Assembly (NCBI GenBank): GCA_951406725.2
Contig: OX597822.1
Span: forward strand, 83,948,001 to 84,012,000
From: Octopus vulgaris
Lineage: Eukaryota
Reading direction: 5' to 3'
DNA length: 64,000 nucleotides
A model generated the notes under the pieces. It saw only the letters and a program-made list of their open reading frames with translations, ran no database searches and was not told the DNA's origin. The number at the start of each line of letters is the position of its first letter. Positions within the stretch are counted from its first letter, which is position 1. The position numbers were made by a program, and so were the translations under genes. Below are positions 13,921 through 27,962 of the stretch, in pieces.

Positions 13921-14510
13921 TTAAGTTAAGTTAAGTTAAGTTAATTTTTTGGCTCAAAAAGCAAAACGCAAGACCATGTAGGGAGATATGGAGTTATGTA
14001 CAGGGTAGTGTTCATACAAAGAGTTCAGGCCATTTGTGGTCAAGGGAGACTTTGAACCGAGCGGTCGTCGGCATCTTCACTATCTCGTCCGGCAGCTTAT
14101 TCCACGGATCCGCAACCCGGACGGAGGAAGCCTCTCTCCTTCGATTGAGATGAAATCGTCGCAGATGGAGCTTTTCGGAGTGACCCCGCAGTCGACGTTC
14201 CGGAGCAGGAGTGAAGAACAGTTCTTTCGAGAGGTTACACTTTCCGCTTATGATGTTGTGAGCAAGAATGAGATCACCACGGCGTCGTCGTTTTTCTAGA
14301 GAATAAAGGTCGAACGTCTTCAGCCTTTCTTCATAAGACAAATGCTTGAGACCAAGTACTATGCGGGTAGCCAGCTTCTGGACTCTTTCGAGATGATGTA
14401 TGTCTTTGAGGAGATAAGGAGAAGAGGCTTGAATCCCGTACTCCAATATGGGTCTCACCAGCGTGACATAGAGCGGTAGGAATATGGCTGCTGTGAGCAT
14501 TCCGAATGTG
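13921..14510 (-). mobile_element. CR1-clade LINE 3' end with (TTAAC)n tail, 5'-truncated
   Basis: ORF LYVTLVRPILEYG..SPY..KDI..LERVQKLATR..GLKHLSYEERL..LYSLEKRRRRGDLI..RGH..WNKLP, then a short 3' UTR and pentanucleotide tail. Confidence 0.92.
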
Positions 14511-14511
14511 T

Positions 14512-14700
14512 AACTATATGCATGAGAATACATACATAAATCGAAACATACAAATTGCACATAGACATACATACATACAAACAAAAATTCCCTGTTATTT
14601 TATGTTGAAACTCCAATGAAAGAAGCCTTGTATCTAGTTTAGAAACCGGCTCTTTCTCTATTGGCAAGAAATCTTGAAATAAAACTGAATAATGACATAC
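14512..14700 (+). mobile_element. 3' UTR of the (ACAT)n-associated RLE LINE family
   Basis: Matches the 3' UTR at 29770-30015 (gaaaccggctc..ctctattggcaagaaatcttgaaataaaactgaataatgacatac) and runs into (ACAT)n. Confidence 0.8.
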
Positions 14701-16157
14701 ATACATGCATACATACATATATGCATACATACATGCATACGTACATATATGCATGCATACATACATATACATATACATACATACATACATACATACATAC
14801 ATACATACATACATACATACATTCATACATACATACATACATACATACATACTATCCATTGACAAGAACCCATTAAATTTTCTTCCATTGCCAAATATCG
14901 ATTTGTGTCCTAAATTTAATACATAGTTTTGTTTAATTTAGCTATTTGTCTATCTATCTATTTTTCTGTTTGTTTTATGTGTCTATCTATCGATAGATCG
15001 ATTTATTTATCTTTCTATATATATATATATACATTTCCATCTCTATACTTATTCTATGTCTTTTTTTTATAATTTTCGAAGTTGAATAATGATGCATTAG
15101 CCAGTCATATTCTCGTCATTCTTGAATGGACTCTTTGGTTTTCAATTAAATACAATTATTTTATTCATATTTCCTTTTTTTTTTTTTTTTGCTGTTGTTG
15201 TTGAGAATCCCAATGCAGTTTGATTTCTCTCTCTTATAGAATTAGAATTCATCTCTTACCTGGGTCAGTTCCTTGCATTAAATAACACGAAAAGAGAAGT
15301 AAAACCAAATACGTAAACTCTGAAATGCGGTGATTCTAAAGAAATAAAGAAATCCGATAGCTTTTTTAATGGAAACATATTGGGAATGGTAAATCTTACT
15401 TCATGGAACAATGTAAATTGACCTTGATTGTGTTGTTACTTTGTTGTTGCTGTTGTTGTTGTGTGTTGCAGTGTGTGTAAGCGTGCACGTTGGTATTTGT
15501 GTACGTATGTTGAAGTGCGAGTGACTGTGTGCGTTGGAATGTGTATCTATACGTTGGATTGTGTATATGCATGTGTGTGTGTATGTGTGTGAGTGTGAAC
15601 GTGTGTGTGTGTATGTGTGTGTGCGTGTGTGTGTGTGTGTGTGTGCGTGTGTAAATGTAGTTAGTTACACTCGATTATGTAAAACTAGTAGACGAAAATC
15701 GAAGTTAAAGTTACGCTGAATTGATTCGGTAGTATTTCCAAACCGAAACTGTTGTTTCTTATTAGCAACAGCTCCCCCTATATAGTGACGTCACTGCCAT
15801 AGAGCTAGAGAGAAACATGGTTAGGTTGTCGGTCACCTACACTGAAGATTAACTAGGTATTTCTTCTCACACACTACCACAAACTTGAAATATGTTCCTG
15901 AATAAAACGAGCTGAACACCGGACGCTTAATCTCACGTGAAGGCGAGTCGAAGTCGTAGTGTAGCACATAAACATAAATGTGTTTATGTGTTTAGTGGTG
16001 CTGTTTCAAAATAAGCAGAAGAACTGTGGGTTATTCACATGGAATATTTCAATGTACAAAACGTGGGACAAACTCGTATTTCACTTCTATCCAGAATATT
16101 TTATTTCACCATCTATGATATAATCTGCTCAATGTAAGAGCACATCTTTTTATACGT

Positions 16158-16271
16158 GTCTGACGAAATGGCCCACCACTGTAATCAACCGCAAATATTA
16201 CGTATCTTTTCGCATGGATTCATCTACATGTAATAACGTTAAAAACTAAGTAGTACCGAAACAATTGTAAC
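16158..16271 (+). ncRNA. Minimal hammerhead motif
   Basis: gt-CTGACGA (16160-16166)...acc-GAAA-caattg-TA-ac, with palindromic helix III. Confidence 0.55.
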
Positions 16272-16863
16272 TAGTAATAAAGATGAGTTGAATTCATTCT
16301 TCGTCTTCTTATTTGGATTTTATGATATATTCTGAATATGAATTCAGAATATGAATTCAGAATATGAATTCAGAATATTTTTGCTCTACGTTTTCAAATT
16401 ATGTAATTCTTCAATTAAATGGAGTCACATGAAACGGTTGTACTGCATTACCTCTGGATATCCTTGTTGCTTATTTTGATTATGATCACCTTATTTTAAA
16501 TTATATGGATAATACCATACTAAACTCTGGTGTCTTCAACTTAAGTACCATATTCATCCGAATCTATATATTGATATATATATATATATATATATCAATA
16601 TATAGATTCAGATGAATATATACATATATATACATGCATACATATATGTATGCATATATATATATATATACATATATATACACATATATTTACATATATA
16701 TACACACATATATACATATATATCTACATTTATACATATATATCTATACATATACATGTATATACATACATATATATGTAAGATACATATACACATATAT
16801 ACATGCATACATGCATATGTGTATATATATATATATATATACATGATATATATGTATATACAT

Positions 16864-16925
<62 letters not shown>

Positions 16926-17039
16926 GTGTGTGTGTATATGTATGTTTGTATGTATGTATGCATATTTGTATGTACGTATATTTGCAATGTAAGATAAAAG
17001 ATTAGCTTTTAATATTAAAACTATCATCTCACATTATAG

Positions 17040-17293
17040 TAGAGATGTTATTGTTTCACTTTTGACACGTAATACCGAAACAGTGTAAGAAATTGCTCCG
17101 GCTCGCATTAGGCAAGAAACATGAAAAATATTTTGGCTCATGCCACTCAATGGACACTAAGTAGTGCATGTGTAAAATATAAATGAAATCGGTTGGGTAG
17201 CTCTCGAGTTTTAATAATGCACACATACGCACCGACAGACAGGCGGACAGACAAACAGACACAGACACACATTCTCAGTTTTATATATATAGA
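17040..17293 (-). mobile_element. Non-autonomous Helitron-like 5' end
   Basis: Minus strand starts tctctatatatataaaa, then (tgtc)-type microsatellite and ctcg..accgatttca..ttttacac, typical of non-autonomous Helitrons. No 3' CTAG seen. Confidence 0.45.
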
Positions 17294-17989
17294 GATAAGA
17301 GTGCTTTCCACCGAAATGAAACGAGCAACGTTCATGCCCGCACATACATCAATCAGTCATTACTGTTCTCCTCTATCTCTTCGTTATATGGCGAGGAGTA
17401 AGAGGAGGAAACAGCAGAATGACAAGTCGTTACCATAAGAAAAAAAAAAGAGGGAAAAACAAAGAACCGTCTTTTCACCGTTCCAAAAAAATCGCCCGCA
17501 GAAACTATCCACCATACAGTAGAACAACCACAAGAATATGAAGAACAAGCGAAAACGAAAACAAAACAAAAACGAATGTACAACCACACGGCAACAACAA
17601 AATCACAACCAACTCATACGCAATGCCAATTGCAAGAAAATGAACGAAGCAGCAAGAACAACAAAAACACCATATTCCTTAAAGAATTGTTACATTCCAT
17701 TTTGAATTTTCTTTTTTGTGTTTTTTACTCACTTTTTTCCAGAAACCGCTCCAAGTATATTTTCTATTACAGCACTGTATTTGATGTAAAAAGAAATGTT
17801 TTGGTTTTTATATAATCTTTGTTACTACTGACCCCACTACGGCTGCTATTGTTATTGTTGTTGTTGCTGTTACTATTTCGACATTGGACTTGGTTGTAGC
17901 GGCAGAAGTGATGGTGGAGAAGATAAAGTAAAAGAAAATGGCCATTCGTGTTATTGTTGCTGCTGTTGCTTTCAGTAGTCAGAGTGGTA

Positions 17990-18041
<52 letters not shown>

Positions 18042-18044
<3 letters not shown>

Positions 18045-18543
18045 GGCGGCGAGCTGGCAGAAACGTTAGCACGCCGGGTGAAATGCTTAGCGGTATTTCG
18101 TCTGCCGTTACGTTCTGAGTTCAAATTACGCCGAGGTCGACTTTGCCTATCATCCTTTCGGAGTCGATAAATTAAGTACTAGTTACGCACTGGGATCGAT
18201 ATAATCGACTTAATCCGTTTGTCTGTCCTTGTTTGTACTCTCTGTGTTTAGCCCCTTGTGTGTAGTAAAGAAATAGGTATTTCGTCTGCTCTCACGTTGT
18301 GAGTTCAAATTCCACCGAGGTCGACTTTGCCTTTCATCTTTTCGGGGTCGATAAATTAAGTACTAGTTACGCACTGGGATCGATATAATCGACTTAATCC
18401 GTCTGTCTGTCCTTGTTTGTCTCCATTGTGTTTAGCCCCTTGTAGGTAGTAAAGAAATAAGTATTTCATCATATGTCTTTACGTTCTGAGTTCAAATTCC
18501 GCCGCGGTCGACTTTGCCTTTCATTCTTTCGCAGTCGATAAAT
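18042..18543 (+). mobile_element. tRNA-derived SINE family B, internally tandem (about 2.5 units)
   Basis: Head aaggcggcgagctggcagaaacgttagc, with three copies of gagttcaaattc..gaggtcgactttgcc; preceded by (TTA)n. Confidence 0.85.
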
Positions 18544-18647
18544 TGTGTGTGCGTCTTTGTGTGTGCCTATGTTATTGTGTGTGCCCATGTTATTGTGTGA
18601 GTGTCTATGTTATTGTGTGCATGTGTATGTTATTGTGTGCGTTTACT

Positions 18648-18721
<74 letters not shown>

Positions 18722-18723
<2 letters not shown>

Positions 18724-19076
18724 ACTACTTGAAAACCTGTTTGGCTTTGTTTAGATTCATGTAACTTAGTTGTTCGGCAAAAGACAGCGATAGAATAAGT
18801 ATCAGGCTTAAAGAATCAAGTCCCGGGGTCGCTTTGTTCGACTAAACCTTTCAAGGCGGTGCCCCAGCATGGACGTACTCCAATGACTGAAACGAGAAAG
18901 AGATAAACGAAAGTGCATCGATGAATAAATCCTCCAAAGAAGCTTGCTTCCCAACCACATAGTTCCGGGTTCAGTCCCATTGCGTGCCACCGTGGGCAAA
19001 TGTCATATGCTTTAACCTTGGGCCGACCAAAGCCTAATGAGTGGATTTGATTGGCGGAAACTGAAAAAAGCTCGTC

Positions 19077-19116
<40 letters not shown>

Positions 19117-19345
19117 GTATGTATTTGTATGTATTTGTGTATCTGTGTTTGTCCCCCAACTCCATTCCTCGACAACCGATGTTGGTGTATTTATGTCTCC
19201 GTAACTTAGTGGTTAGGCAACAGAAACCGATAGAATAAGTACTAGGCTTAAAAAGAATAAGTCCTGGGGTCGATTTGTTCGACTAAAGGCGGTGCTCCAG
19301 CATGGCCACAGTCACAATTACTGAAACAAGTGAAAGGATGAAAAA
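18722..19345 (+). mobile_element. Two SINE family A pieces (a 3' half, then a nearly full copy)
   Basis: Same sequence as 2312-2748. Confidence 0.8.
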
Positions 19346-19987
19346 ATAAATACCTTCTCCGAATGTGAATAACGTAAATAATGTAAATAATGTACATAAT
19401 TCCTCATCTCTTAAATATAGAACTGAAATACCTTCACCATTTTAAAGACAATACCATGCAACTTGACTAACATTGACTATTGTTTCTTGCAGTCCAGTAA
19501 CTTCATATAGAGAGAGAGACTCTCGTTGATTCACGTTTTGATTTTTGGTTTTACATTTAAACCTGATCAAATGTATTATCGATGATTCTTTTGAGAGAAT
19601 GCCAATTCTCAGAAATCAGACATTCGGAAAGAAATGTGGGAGCAACAGTTTAAAGACGAAAATGATTTATAGGCTGAACTGCCCTGATAACTACCTTATC
19701 GTCTGATGTGCAACTTTTCATTTCTCTCTGTCTCTCTCTCTCTCTTTCTCTCTCTTCCTTTCTCTCTTCCTCTCTCACTTTCTCTCTCACTTCCTCTTTC
19801 TTTCTTTCTTTCTCTCTTTTTCCGCTCTCTCTCTCTTTCTCATTCTCTCTTCCACTCTCTCCCTCTCTCTCTTTCTCTCTCTTTCTCATTCACTCTCTTT
19901 CTCTCCCCTTTACCTTTCTCTCTCTTACACACACACACACACATACACACTAAACACACGCAGAAAGGTGTCTGTGTATATCATATA

Positions 19988-21498
19988 CACCCAGAACCAC
20001 GCTAAAAGCTTAGGAGTGTAATGTTGGATTTCTCGGTTTTCTGTGAATCGATTTTGATAGAACTTTTCCCAGCTGGTCTGCATTCTATGGCAACACTATT
20101 ATTATGTTCTCATTATTCTGTGTAACGCCTTTCATTTTATTTCAGATTCTTCATCTTTGGGGTGAACCACGCTAATGGCGTTTCTCTTCTCTAAGAACAA
20201 TGGGACGTGGAAAACGCCTTAACATTTAAGAAAAGGTCTGTCATGTCATTTCGGAGAAGTTAGATCGTCATATGGACACGGTTAGACGGTTCCTGAAGAA
20301 CCACTCACCAAGGAAGAAACGATAGGAGTGTGGGACCTCCAAGACTGGGACAGCTAGGGATTTAAAGAATATTCGCTGCAAGTTACGTGGGAAACCTGGA
20401 CAAACAAGCAAAGCCATTTTCACTACCTCCGGACTTACTCATGTACCGAAACCCCCAATAAATCGCATCCTCGGGACCATGGCTTCCGTGCGACAACCCC
20501 TGAAACTGCGTCCTTTAACATACCGTCACAGGAGTTTGAGCCTTCAACGGGCCCAAAAGTACATAACGTTGGACATGAGTTGTGTTCTTTTCACCGATGA
20601 AACCAGGGTGACCCTTGACGGACCTGATTGGACAAATGGTTGGGTCTATTTTGGAGATGAGCGTCACCAATATTTACGACGTCAACAACAGAGTGGAGGA
20701 GTCATGTTGTGGGCTGGTATCATTGGGGTCTGACTTGTTGACCTAGCCAGGGTGCCTGAAGTGGGTAAAGCGACCGCAGCCGCCTACTACATTCTCCCAA
20801 AAGCGGTCTTGGATCCCTGGCTAGAAGACACACCGCTGTCACTTCTAAGGAATCTCGTATTCATGCATGACAACGCTCCCTCCCACTCTGTTAGGACCAC
20901 CGAAACATTCCTAGGATCTTACAGCATACAAAGTGAAAGGTTGATGGTTTGGCCACCAGCATCTCCGGATCTCAACCCTTTCGAAAATCTTTGATCCATC
21001 ATTAAACAAGATGTTTATGTCGATGGACACCAATTTATGTCGAAAGATGTCTTATGGGCGACCATCAAAGCTGCAGCAGAAGCAGTCAAACCTGCTACTA
21101 TTAAGAAATTGACAGATTCCATGACTAATAAGGATTTTGAAGTTATACATCGAAATAGCGCTCATGTGGATAAATAATTCATTAGGTCAATATATGTTAT
21201 AATATTATTATGGTCTTTTTTTTTAAATATATACTCAATGTATGCTTAATATGTATCATCATTCTTCATTTTCTGGAAACAAAATGTCTAGATGGGCTAC
21301 TTTCATTCAAAAGCTATTATCGTAGTTCACGCAAAAACTGAATAATCTGAAATAAAAAAGAATGATGTTACACAGAATAATGGAAACATAACAATGGTGT
21401 TGACATAGTGTGCAGACCAGCTGGGAAAAGTTTTATGAAAATCGATTCACAGAAAACTGATAAATTTCACTCCTAAGCCATTAATGAGGTTCTCGGTG
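19988..21498 (+). mobile_element. Full-length decayed Tc1-like DNA transposon, DD37E (TRT-like)
   Basis: TIRs of ~190 bp (19988-20178 and ~21313-21498), TA on the left flank. Transposase remnants VLFTDETRVTLDGPD, RRQQ..GGVMLWAGII, FMHDNAPSH, WPPASPDLNPFENL; 37 residues between the second D and E. Confidence 0.92.
20200..21176 (+). pseudogene. DD37E transposase pseudogene
   Basis: ATG GGA CGT GGA AAA at 20200; several stops and frameshifts. Confidence 0.85.
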
Positions 21499-21632
21499 CA
21501 TACACGTATATATGTATACACTACTCACATACACAAACACACTTACACACATACTCACACACACATGCACGCACACATATATATTTATATATTTAATAGA
21601 TATGTATATACATATATATATATGTGTGTGTA

Positions 21633-21755
<123 letters not shown>

Positions 21756-22038
21756 GATATGACAGTCACTATGTTTTTACTCAGACTTTCCTCTACATGA
21801 TGCGGCAGTCACTTTGCCTCTTACTCGGATTTTCAGAAATTTTGCATGACTGTATCCGAAAATTTCTTCATACAACTTGATCAAATATTCAATATGAGCT
21901 ATATGTAGACATGCATAAATTCTATAGGTTTAAAACCTTTCATCGGATCTCCATGAATCGAACTTTCTTCAATGCAGTTAATCTTACAACCTCTTTTGTA
22001 TCTACCCCTTTTGATGTTTGGGAATTCTCTGATATTTT

Positions 22039-22124
22039 TTCGGCTGACGAGTTCGAGCCATCTGTATTCACTGCATTTTCTGTAGCTTATTAAAGATGTC
22101 CTCGTACGAAACGATCGTACCGAG
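22039..22124 (+). ncRNA. Minimal type I hammerhead motif with intact core
   Basis: tcgg-CTGACGA-gttcgag...ctcgtac-GAAA-cgatcg-TA-ccga. It lies in a ~500-bp non-repetitive insert between (TA)n tracts. Confidence 0.75.
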
Positions 22125-22272
22125 ATTTTAATCCATTCTTGTTGCTTTTTTCCTATTTATAATCACCCCACTTGTCGTATGGTTAACACCATATAGATAT
22201 CCGGTGCATCCTAGTTAAGGACCATATTCATGTGAATTCTTTAGAATTCACTAGAATCTCAATTACTTAACC

Positions 22273-22326
<54 letters not shown>

Positions 22327-23697
22327 GTACATACGTACATACATGCACCCATACATGTATACATACAAATATATTATCTATCTATCCGGCCATCTTCCAT
22401 TTGTATATGTGTGTGTGTGTGTGTATGTGTGTGTGTGTGTCTCTCTATCTACCTATCTAGCTAGCTACCTATTTATCTATTTATATATATACCTATTTAT
22501 GTACCTACCTATCTACCTATCTATCTATCCATCTATCTGTCGCTAAATCGTAAATAGCAAACTTGCGTAAAGTAAAATCCACAAAAAAAGCCTAAAGAAT
22601 TAGCGTTTGTGTGTGAGAGACAGCGAGAGCGTCAGAGAAAGTGATAGAGAAAAAGAATGAGAGCGGAAGAGATACAAAGAGTAAAGCTTCTACACGTTTG
22701 CATAGAGATATATTCGATGACGGCGGTGCAGATTACTTAAGTAAAGAGCTCAGGGAGCGTGTATTTGGATCAATCTGAAACAAGCTTCCCTGCGTACTGT
22801 TCATAAACACAGATTTCGTCACATATACGACGAACGAAACACTGCAGAATGACCTGAAAATTAACTATAAATCGAGCGCATATAATCCATTTATACATAC
22901 ACAGAGTATTTCTCAGTATTCAACTTAATATGCGCTGCCAATGAATGTAAAAATATTCAAAGAAGTTAACGCACTGCCCGTAACTCACAGCTAGGTATCA
23001 GCTACTATTTGCTTCTGTGATTCGCCTATGATAGTCAGGCTAGGAGAGTCTAGTTGTTTTATTCACTCTGCAGTCAACCACGTGATCAAATTTGTAGAAT
23101 GAGACTAAATGCACTTTTATTAAAGTACGTGGGTCAATTTACTCAAATTACTTAAACTGTGCAACTTCAGTAAATTATACCCATCTATCTTATACATATG
23201 TTGGCAAAATGCACAAATCTACTTGTAAATTGCACATACTCCAGAAACAGCTGTAAAGTAGGACTTACTCTTTCATACCCATCACCTGCGAGATTTTCGC
23301 CAATGATATCATGGGTTTTGCTTATCTATCCTGATCGAATGAACAAGGACCTCTCAAATGCCCTTCTATTCTATCAGCGACGTTATTATGTGATTTATCT
23401 GGACTTGTTCCGAATCACTGCAAACGTTCACCCTGTGGATTCTGGTGTTTTACTGCTATATTTACATAGTATGGTTTTTCTCTCCTGTCTAAATATGCTA
23501 TAAACGATTTGATGTATTAAAACTGGTTCTTTCAAATTTATTTTATTTTAGCTACATCAGCTACATTGCCTATAGCCAACATTTGTACAAATCCAGTATT
23601 TCGCATCTCACGTCGAAGTTTAAAACTTTTGGTTTGATCTGAGCACTTATTGTAAGTACCTATTATATGTCCTTTGACATTTTCTTCCTCATTACGG

Positions 23698-23777
<80 letters not shown>

Positions 23778-23789
23778 CATAATGAGCTT

Positions 23790-24112
23790 CCGTCCTTACA
23801 AGGCTTCGCTCGTCTCTGATATATACTGGTCCTCCGTCGGTTACGGCGACGAATGTTCCAGTTGATCCGATCAACAGAACAGCCTGCTCATGAATTTAAC
23901 GTGGAAGTGGCTGAGTACTCCACAGACACGCGTACCCTTAACGTAATTCTCAAGGGGGTTCAGCGTGACACCGAATATGACAAGGCTGACCCTTTTGAAT
24001 TATAGGTACAACTCATGGACTGGAGCAACGGGATATAAAGCGTCTTGCTGTGTATCGAACTCACGTCCTTACGTTCGTGAGCCGCATACCCTAACCACTC
24101 AGCCATGCACAT
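23790..24112 (-). mobile_element. tRNA-derived SINE family C
   Basis: Minus-strand head gcatggctgagtggttagggtatgcggctcacg..gtgagttcgat; body shared with 25245-25425. Confidence 0.75.
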
Positions 24113-24539
24113 TCACACACACAAACACATAAATGTGAGTATATTTTTATGCAGGCATATAGCCACATAAGCAAATTTATATGTTTTATTATTTTTCTCG
24201 CTTATAACTTGGTGTGGTTAGAAATTTTCTCTTGAGGCGGATGGATCAAAGCCCTTTTATGAACAAAGTCTTCATTAAATGTCGGATGCAATCTTTGTTC
24301 ACTGTTTGATTAAGCAATCCAAGAAAATTGTTTAGTTATCACATGAGAGGATACGAATCTATTAGCTCTGGGGAAATTACATGAAGTGGAGCTAATGGGT
24401 GAAGCCCGGTACGTTCGCTTGACATGCTGACAACAGTATCCATATCTCCCTCAATCACACCTTAATCTGGATAATGTAATGTTGTCTGGTAAAGGACAGA
24501 ATGGCTTTGATCAGGAATCTGCGAGATCGGACTTGATTT

Positions 24540-24820
24540 GAGTGATTACAGCAATAACAATTTTAGTAGCAACAGCGGCAATACTTGTAGCGGTGATAAG
24601 GACGAAAGCAATAACAAGGGCATCGTCATCATCAACAACAACAATATCATCATCATCATGATCAGCATGATCATCATTATCATCGACAACAACAACAATA
24701 GTAGTAACAATAATGAGGAAGGTAATAACAAGGACACTATCATCATCATCATCATCATCGTCATCACCACCACCACCATCATCAATAACAACAACAGCTA
24801 TAACAAACGATATCAACAAC
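24540..24820. repeat. Degenerate compound trinucleotide region (CAA/CAT/TAA/CAC)
   Basis: Low-complexity triplet runs. Confidence 0.85.
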
Positions 24821-25104
24821 TCGAAATATATTTCATCATATATCGTAGAGAAGGCGTTGTATTGGAAGTTCGGTATTTTGTTTTTGTCTTGTTTTTGTTT
24901 TTTTTTTTGTTTTTTTTTTTGTTATGTTTTCCCTCGTCAGGATGTTGGAATTGCGGAAATCACAAGAATATTGGAAAAAATCCTGTGCAGTCCTTAGGCC
25001 AATTTATGCTGTCAGTTAAAATCTTACCATAGGGACTTTGGATGTAATAATACCAGGACCGATAATATAAATACCAATCCATTTCTAGGATAGATGTGTG
25101 AATT

Positions 25105-25430
25105 TGCGTGGCTTAGTGGTCACGGTATTCTTCTCACGATAGTAAGGCTGTGAGTTCAATCCACAGCGGCGCCTTGTGTCCTTGAGCAAGACATTTTATT
25201 TCAGATTTGCTCCGGTACGTATATATATGTAATTTAATTCACTCTTTTTTCGTCGGTTACAAATACAAGTGTTCCAGTTGATAGCCAGCTCGTGAAATTT
25301 ACATGCAAGTGGCTGAGCACTCCACAGACACATGTACCCTAAATGTAGTTCTCAGGGAAATTCAGGCTGTCCCTTTGAGTTACAGGTACAACTCATTTTT
25401 GCCAGCTGAGTGGACTGGAGCAACGGGAAC
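25105..25430. mobile_element. Rearranged SINE family C (plus-strand head, minus-strand body)
   Basis: gcgtggcttagtggt..gtgagttcaatcc..gtgtccttgagcaagaca on plus, followed by a body matching 23830-24030. Confidence 0.6.
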
Positions 25431-26895
25431 TCCGTAAAAAATATTCAGCCTCGCAGCACGTTTAGAAAAAAATCAAGCGATAGTCAATGCCTTTTGGACA
25501 GCCAAGCATTGTGCGTTCTCGGTGGGACACATTTTCGCGGCACCTACAGAATCTTCGACTGGTCGCCGAGTTGTGTTATCATAGATCAATCTATTCACAA
25601 CTTAGCATACCATGTTATCCCGGATTAGTGATAAACAAGGCTACAAGTAATGATTAATATAATGTTTAAAACCAGTTTTCATCAGAGTTTCACGTACAAA
25701 TTAAAAGCTAGCAGAACTAAAAAAATTCGTTTCAAACCTGAAATGTACGCAAACATACGTATGAAACTCTGGACACAAATCCATTTTAATTCACATATAA
25801 TAAATCGAATCGAATTTGTATATAATTTCCAATAAAATTTATCGACTCTAGTTTTGAGTGCAGAATAGACCTTGTTGGCATTCGATCTCAGATCTGGCAT
25901 TTTGTAGCATCTGTAGATAATCACAATATATACCACAAAACATTTAGTCGAGTTTTCAACAATTTCTACCGATTTCATATTCTCTTTCAAATGAGATTTG
26001 ACAATATAAGATAATTTCCATCTCGAACATACTTAACTAGAGATGTCGAACGTTACCTGAGACAGATATTAAAGAAGAGTGGTATAGAAAATAAACAGAC
26101 CCTTGCATATACATAGATATACACATGCATACATAAATACACAAACACACACACATACACACACACACACACACACATCTGTATTAAAGAGTGGATAGAC
26201 TACAGAACATTATGAAAGACTAAGGGTATGAGTAAGAGGAGAAACAGAAAGTGAAATAAAGTGATAGCTAGCGAGGAAAAATCTTTAGTAAGAAGTCATT
26301 TGCCTTTTAAATGATGAAAGATACTCTTACATCTACTGATACCATTGAATACATACAAAGTCGATATAACATTTATATGAATTGGCAATAACTACGTCTT
26401 ACTAATTAAATATAACAAATTTCTTTCAAATTTTTCTATAAAGCTGACAAAAATATTGTACATAAATTCGTATGTTCGTATCAAAAATTCCCACGATTTT
26501 GTTATTTTATAGAAAAGTGTAACGTTTTCTGTTTTCTATTATTTTCACCGGTTATTTTCAATATATCTTAAATTTCTAATGTATCTGAAGACGAACGGGA
26601 AATAGAACAAGACTGTTGGAAAAGGAGAGACAAACACGAAATATGCAGTTAAGACTTTTTGAAAATGTAAGCTTTTAAGGTTATTTTCTAATATTAATAT
26701 ACTAATTCTAATTTATGATGTGTTGTATCGATAAATTTGTTTTCTCTGTGTTTGTACTGTAAATATATAGCCAGAGTAAATCACGAGTTAAAACATGGGA
26801 AATAATAGCATAACTACGAACAGAGGAACAAAGTTAATTATTTATGGAGAAGTTTAAAGAAGACATATGAACACTTCAGAGAGCTGCCCTGACTA

Positions 26896-26959
<64 letters not shown>

Positions 26960-27387
26960 GCTTTCACTGCGATGCTTTTGTTAAGCAGTGTCGATTTTTA
27001 CAATTCTGTAAATAATAATAATAGTATTTTATAAGCTTACAGCTCATAGCGATCACCGTGTAATGACTAAAGATAATAGTATAATAATGGAGCACGTAAG
27101 CCCTCGACAAAAAAGTACGTTTTCCCGTACGCGTCGGACATGTGGTCGCGTAAACAAAGAGTTTTGTGTGTGAATAGTTATTTGTGTATGTACTTTGTTA
27201 TGTCTGGGTTTGTGCTTTTGTATGAAAGTATACTCTTTGTTTATCTGTGCTTCATCTGAACATACGTATTTACTGAACATACTTATTTACTGAACATACG
27301 TAGAGTAGGAAGACAACCCAAGAAATACAGAGGTTTACAATATTATTGATCACCTTCTATTTCTATCTTACCTTTTTAAGTGCTTTA

Positions 27388-27470
27388 ATTTACCTGATGA
27401 TGGCAGATTTTTGCCATGATGTAATCTAAGAATGCATCAGTAAAATGCTGCCAAAACAACTGTTGGTAAT
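27388..27470 (+). ncRNA. Hammerhead motif with mutated GAAA
   Basis: ttac-CTGATGA-tggcag...ctgcc-AAAA-caactg-TT-ggtaa. Confidence 0.55.
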
Positions 27471-27637
27471 TTGGAAACACAATTATGCTCTTCTTATATG
27501 TATATATGTATGTATATGTATACACACACACACATACACACACACATACACACACACACATACACACACACATACACACATACACACACATACACACAAA
27601 GACAGAGAGAGGGAGACATTTATACATTCTTTTATTT

Positions 27638-27921
27638 CTTTATTTGTTTCAGTCATTTCACTGCGGCCATGCTGGAGCACCGCCTTTAATCGAGCAACTC
27701 GACCCCGGGACTTATTCTTTTTGTAAGCTCAGTACTTATTCTATCGGTCTCTTTTGCCGAACCGCTAAGTAACGGGGACATAAACACACCAGCATCGGTT
27801 GTCAAGCAATGCTAGGGGGGACAAACACAGACACACAAACATACACACGCATATATATATGATTGATTGATTGATTCTAGTTTCAGCTTATGAGCTGTGG
27901 CCATGCTGGGGCACCGCCATT

Positions 27922-27962
<41 letters not shown>

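Noticed and set aside
16330-16378. 13-bp tandem repeat, and similar short duplications at ~27275 and ~41843
   Set aside because: Ordinary slippage duplications.
22710-23450. Hammerhead-like fragments (gaaacaagcttc; ctgatcga..aaacgtt)
   Set aside because: Cores are incomplete and the helices unconvincing.
25028-25084. Minus-strand mini-exon with AG and GTAAG ends
   Set aside because: The sequence resembles a decayed SINE segment (tggta..ttatcg.cc).
26585-26610. ctgaagacgaacgggaaa as a hammerhead
   Set aside because: No helix I or helix III pairing.
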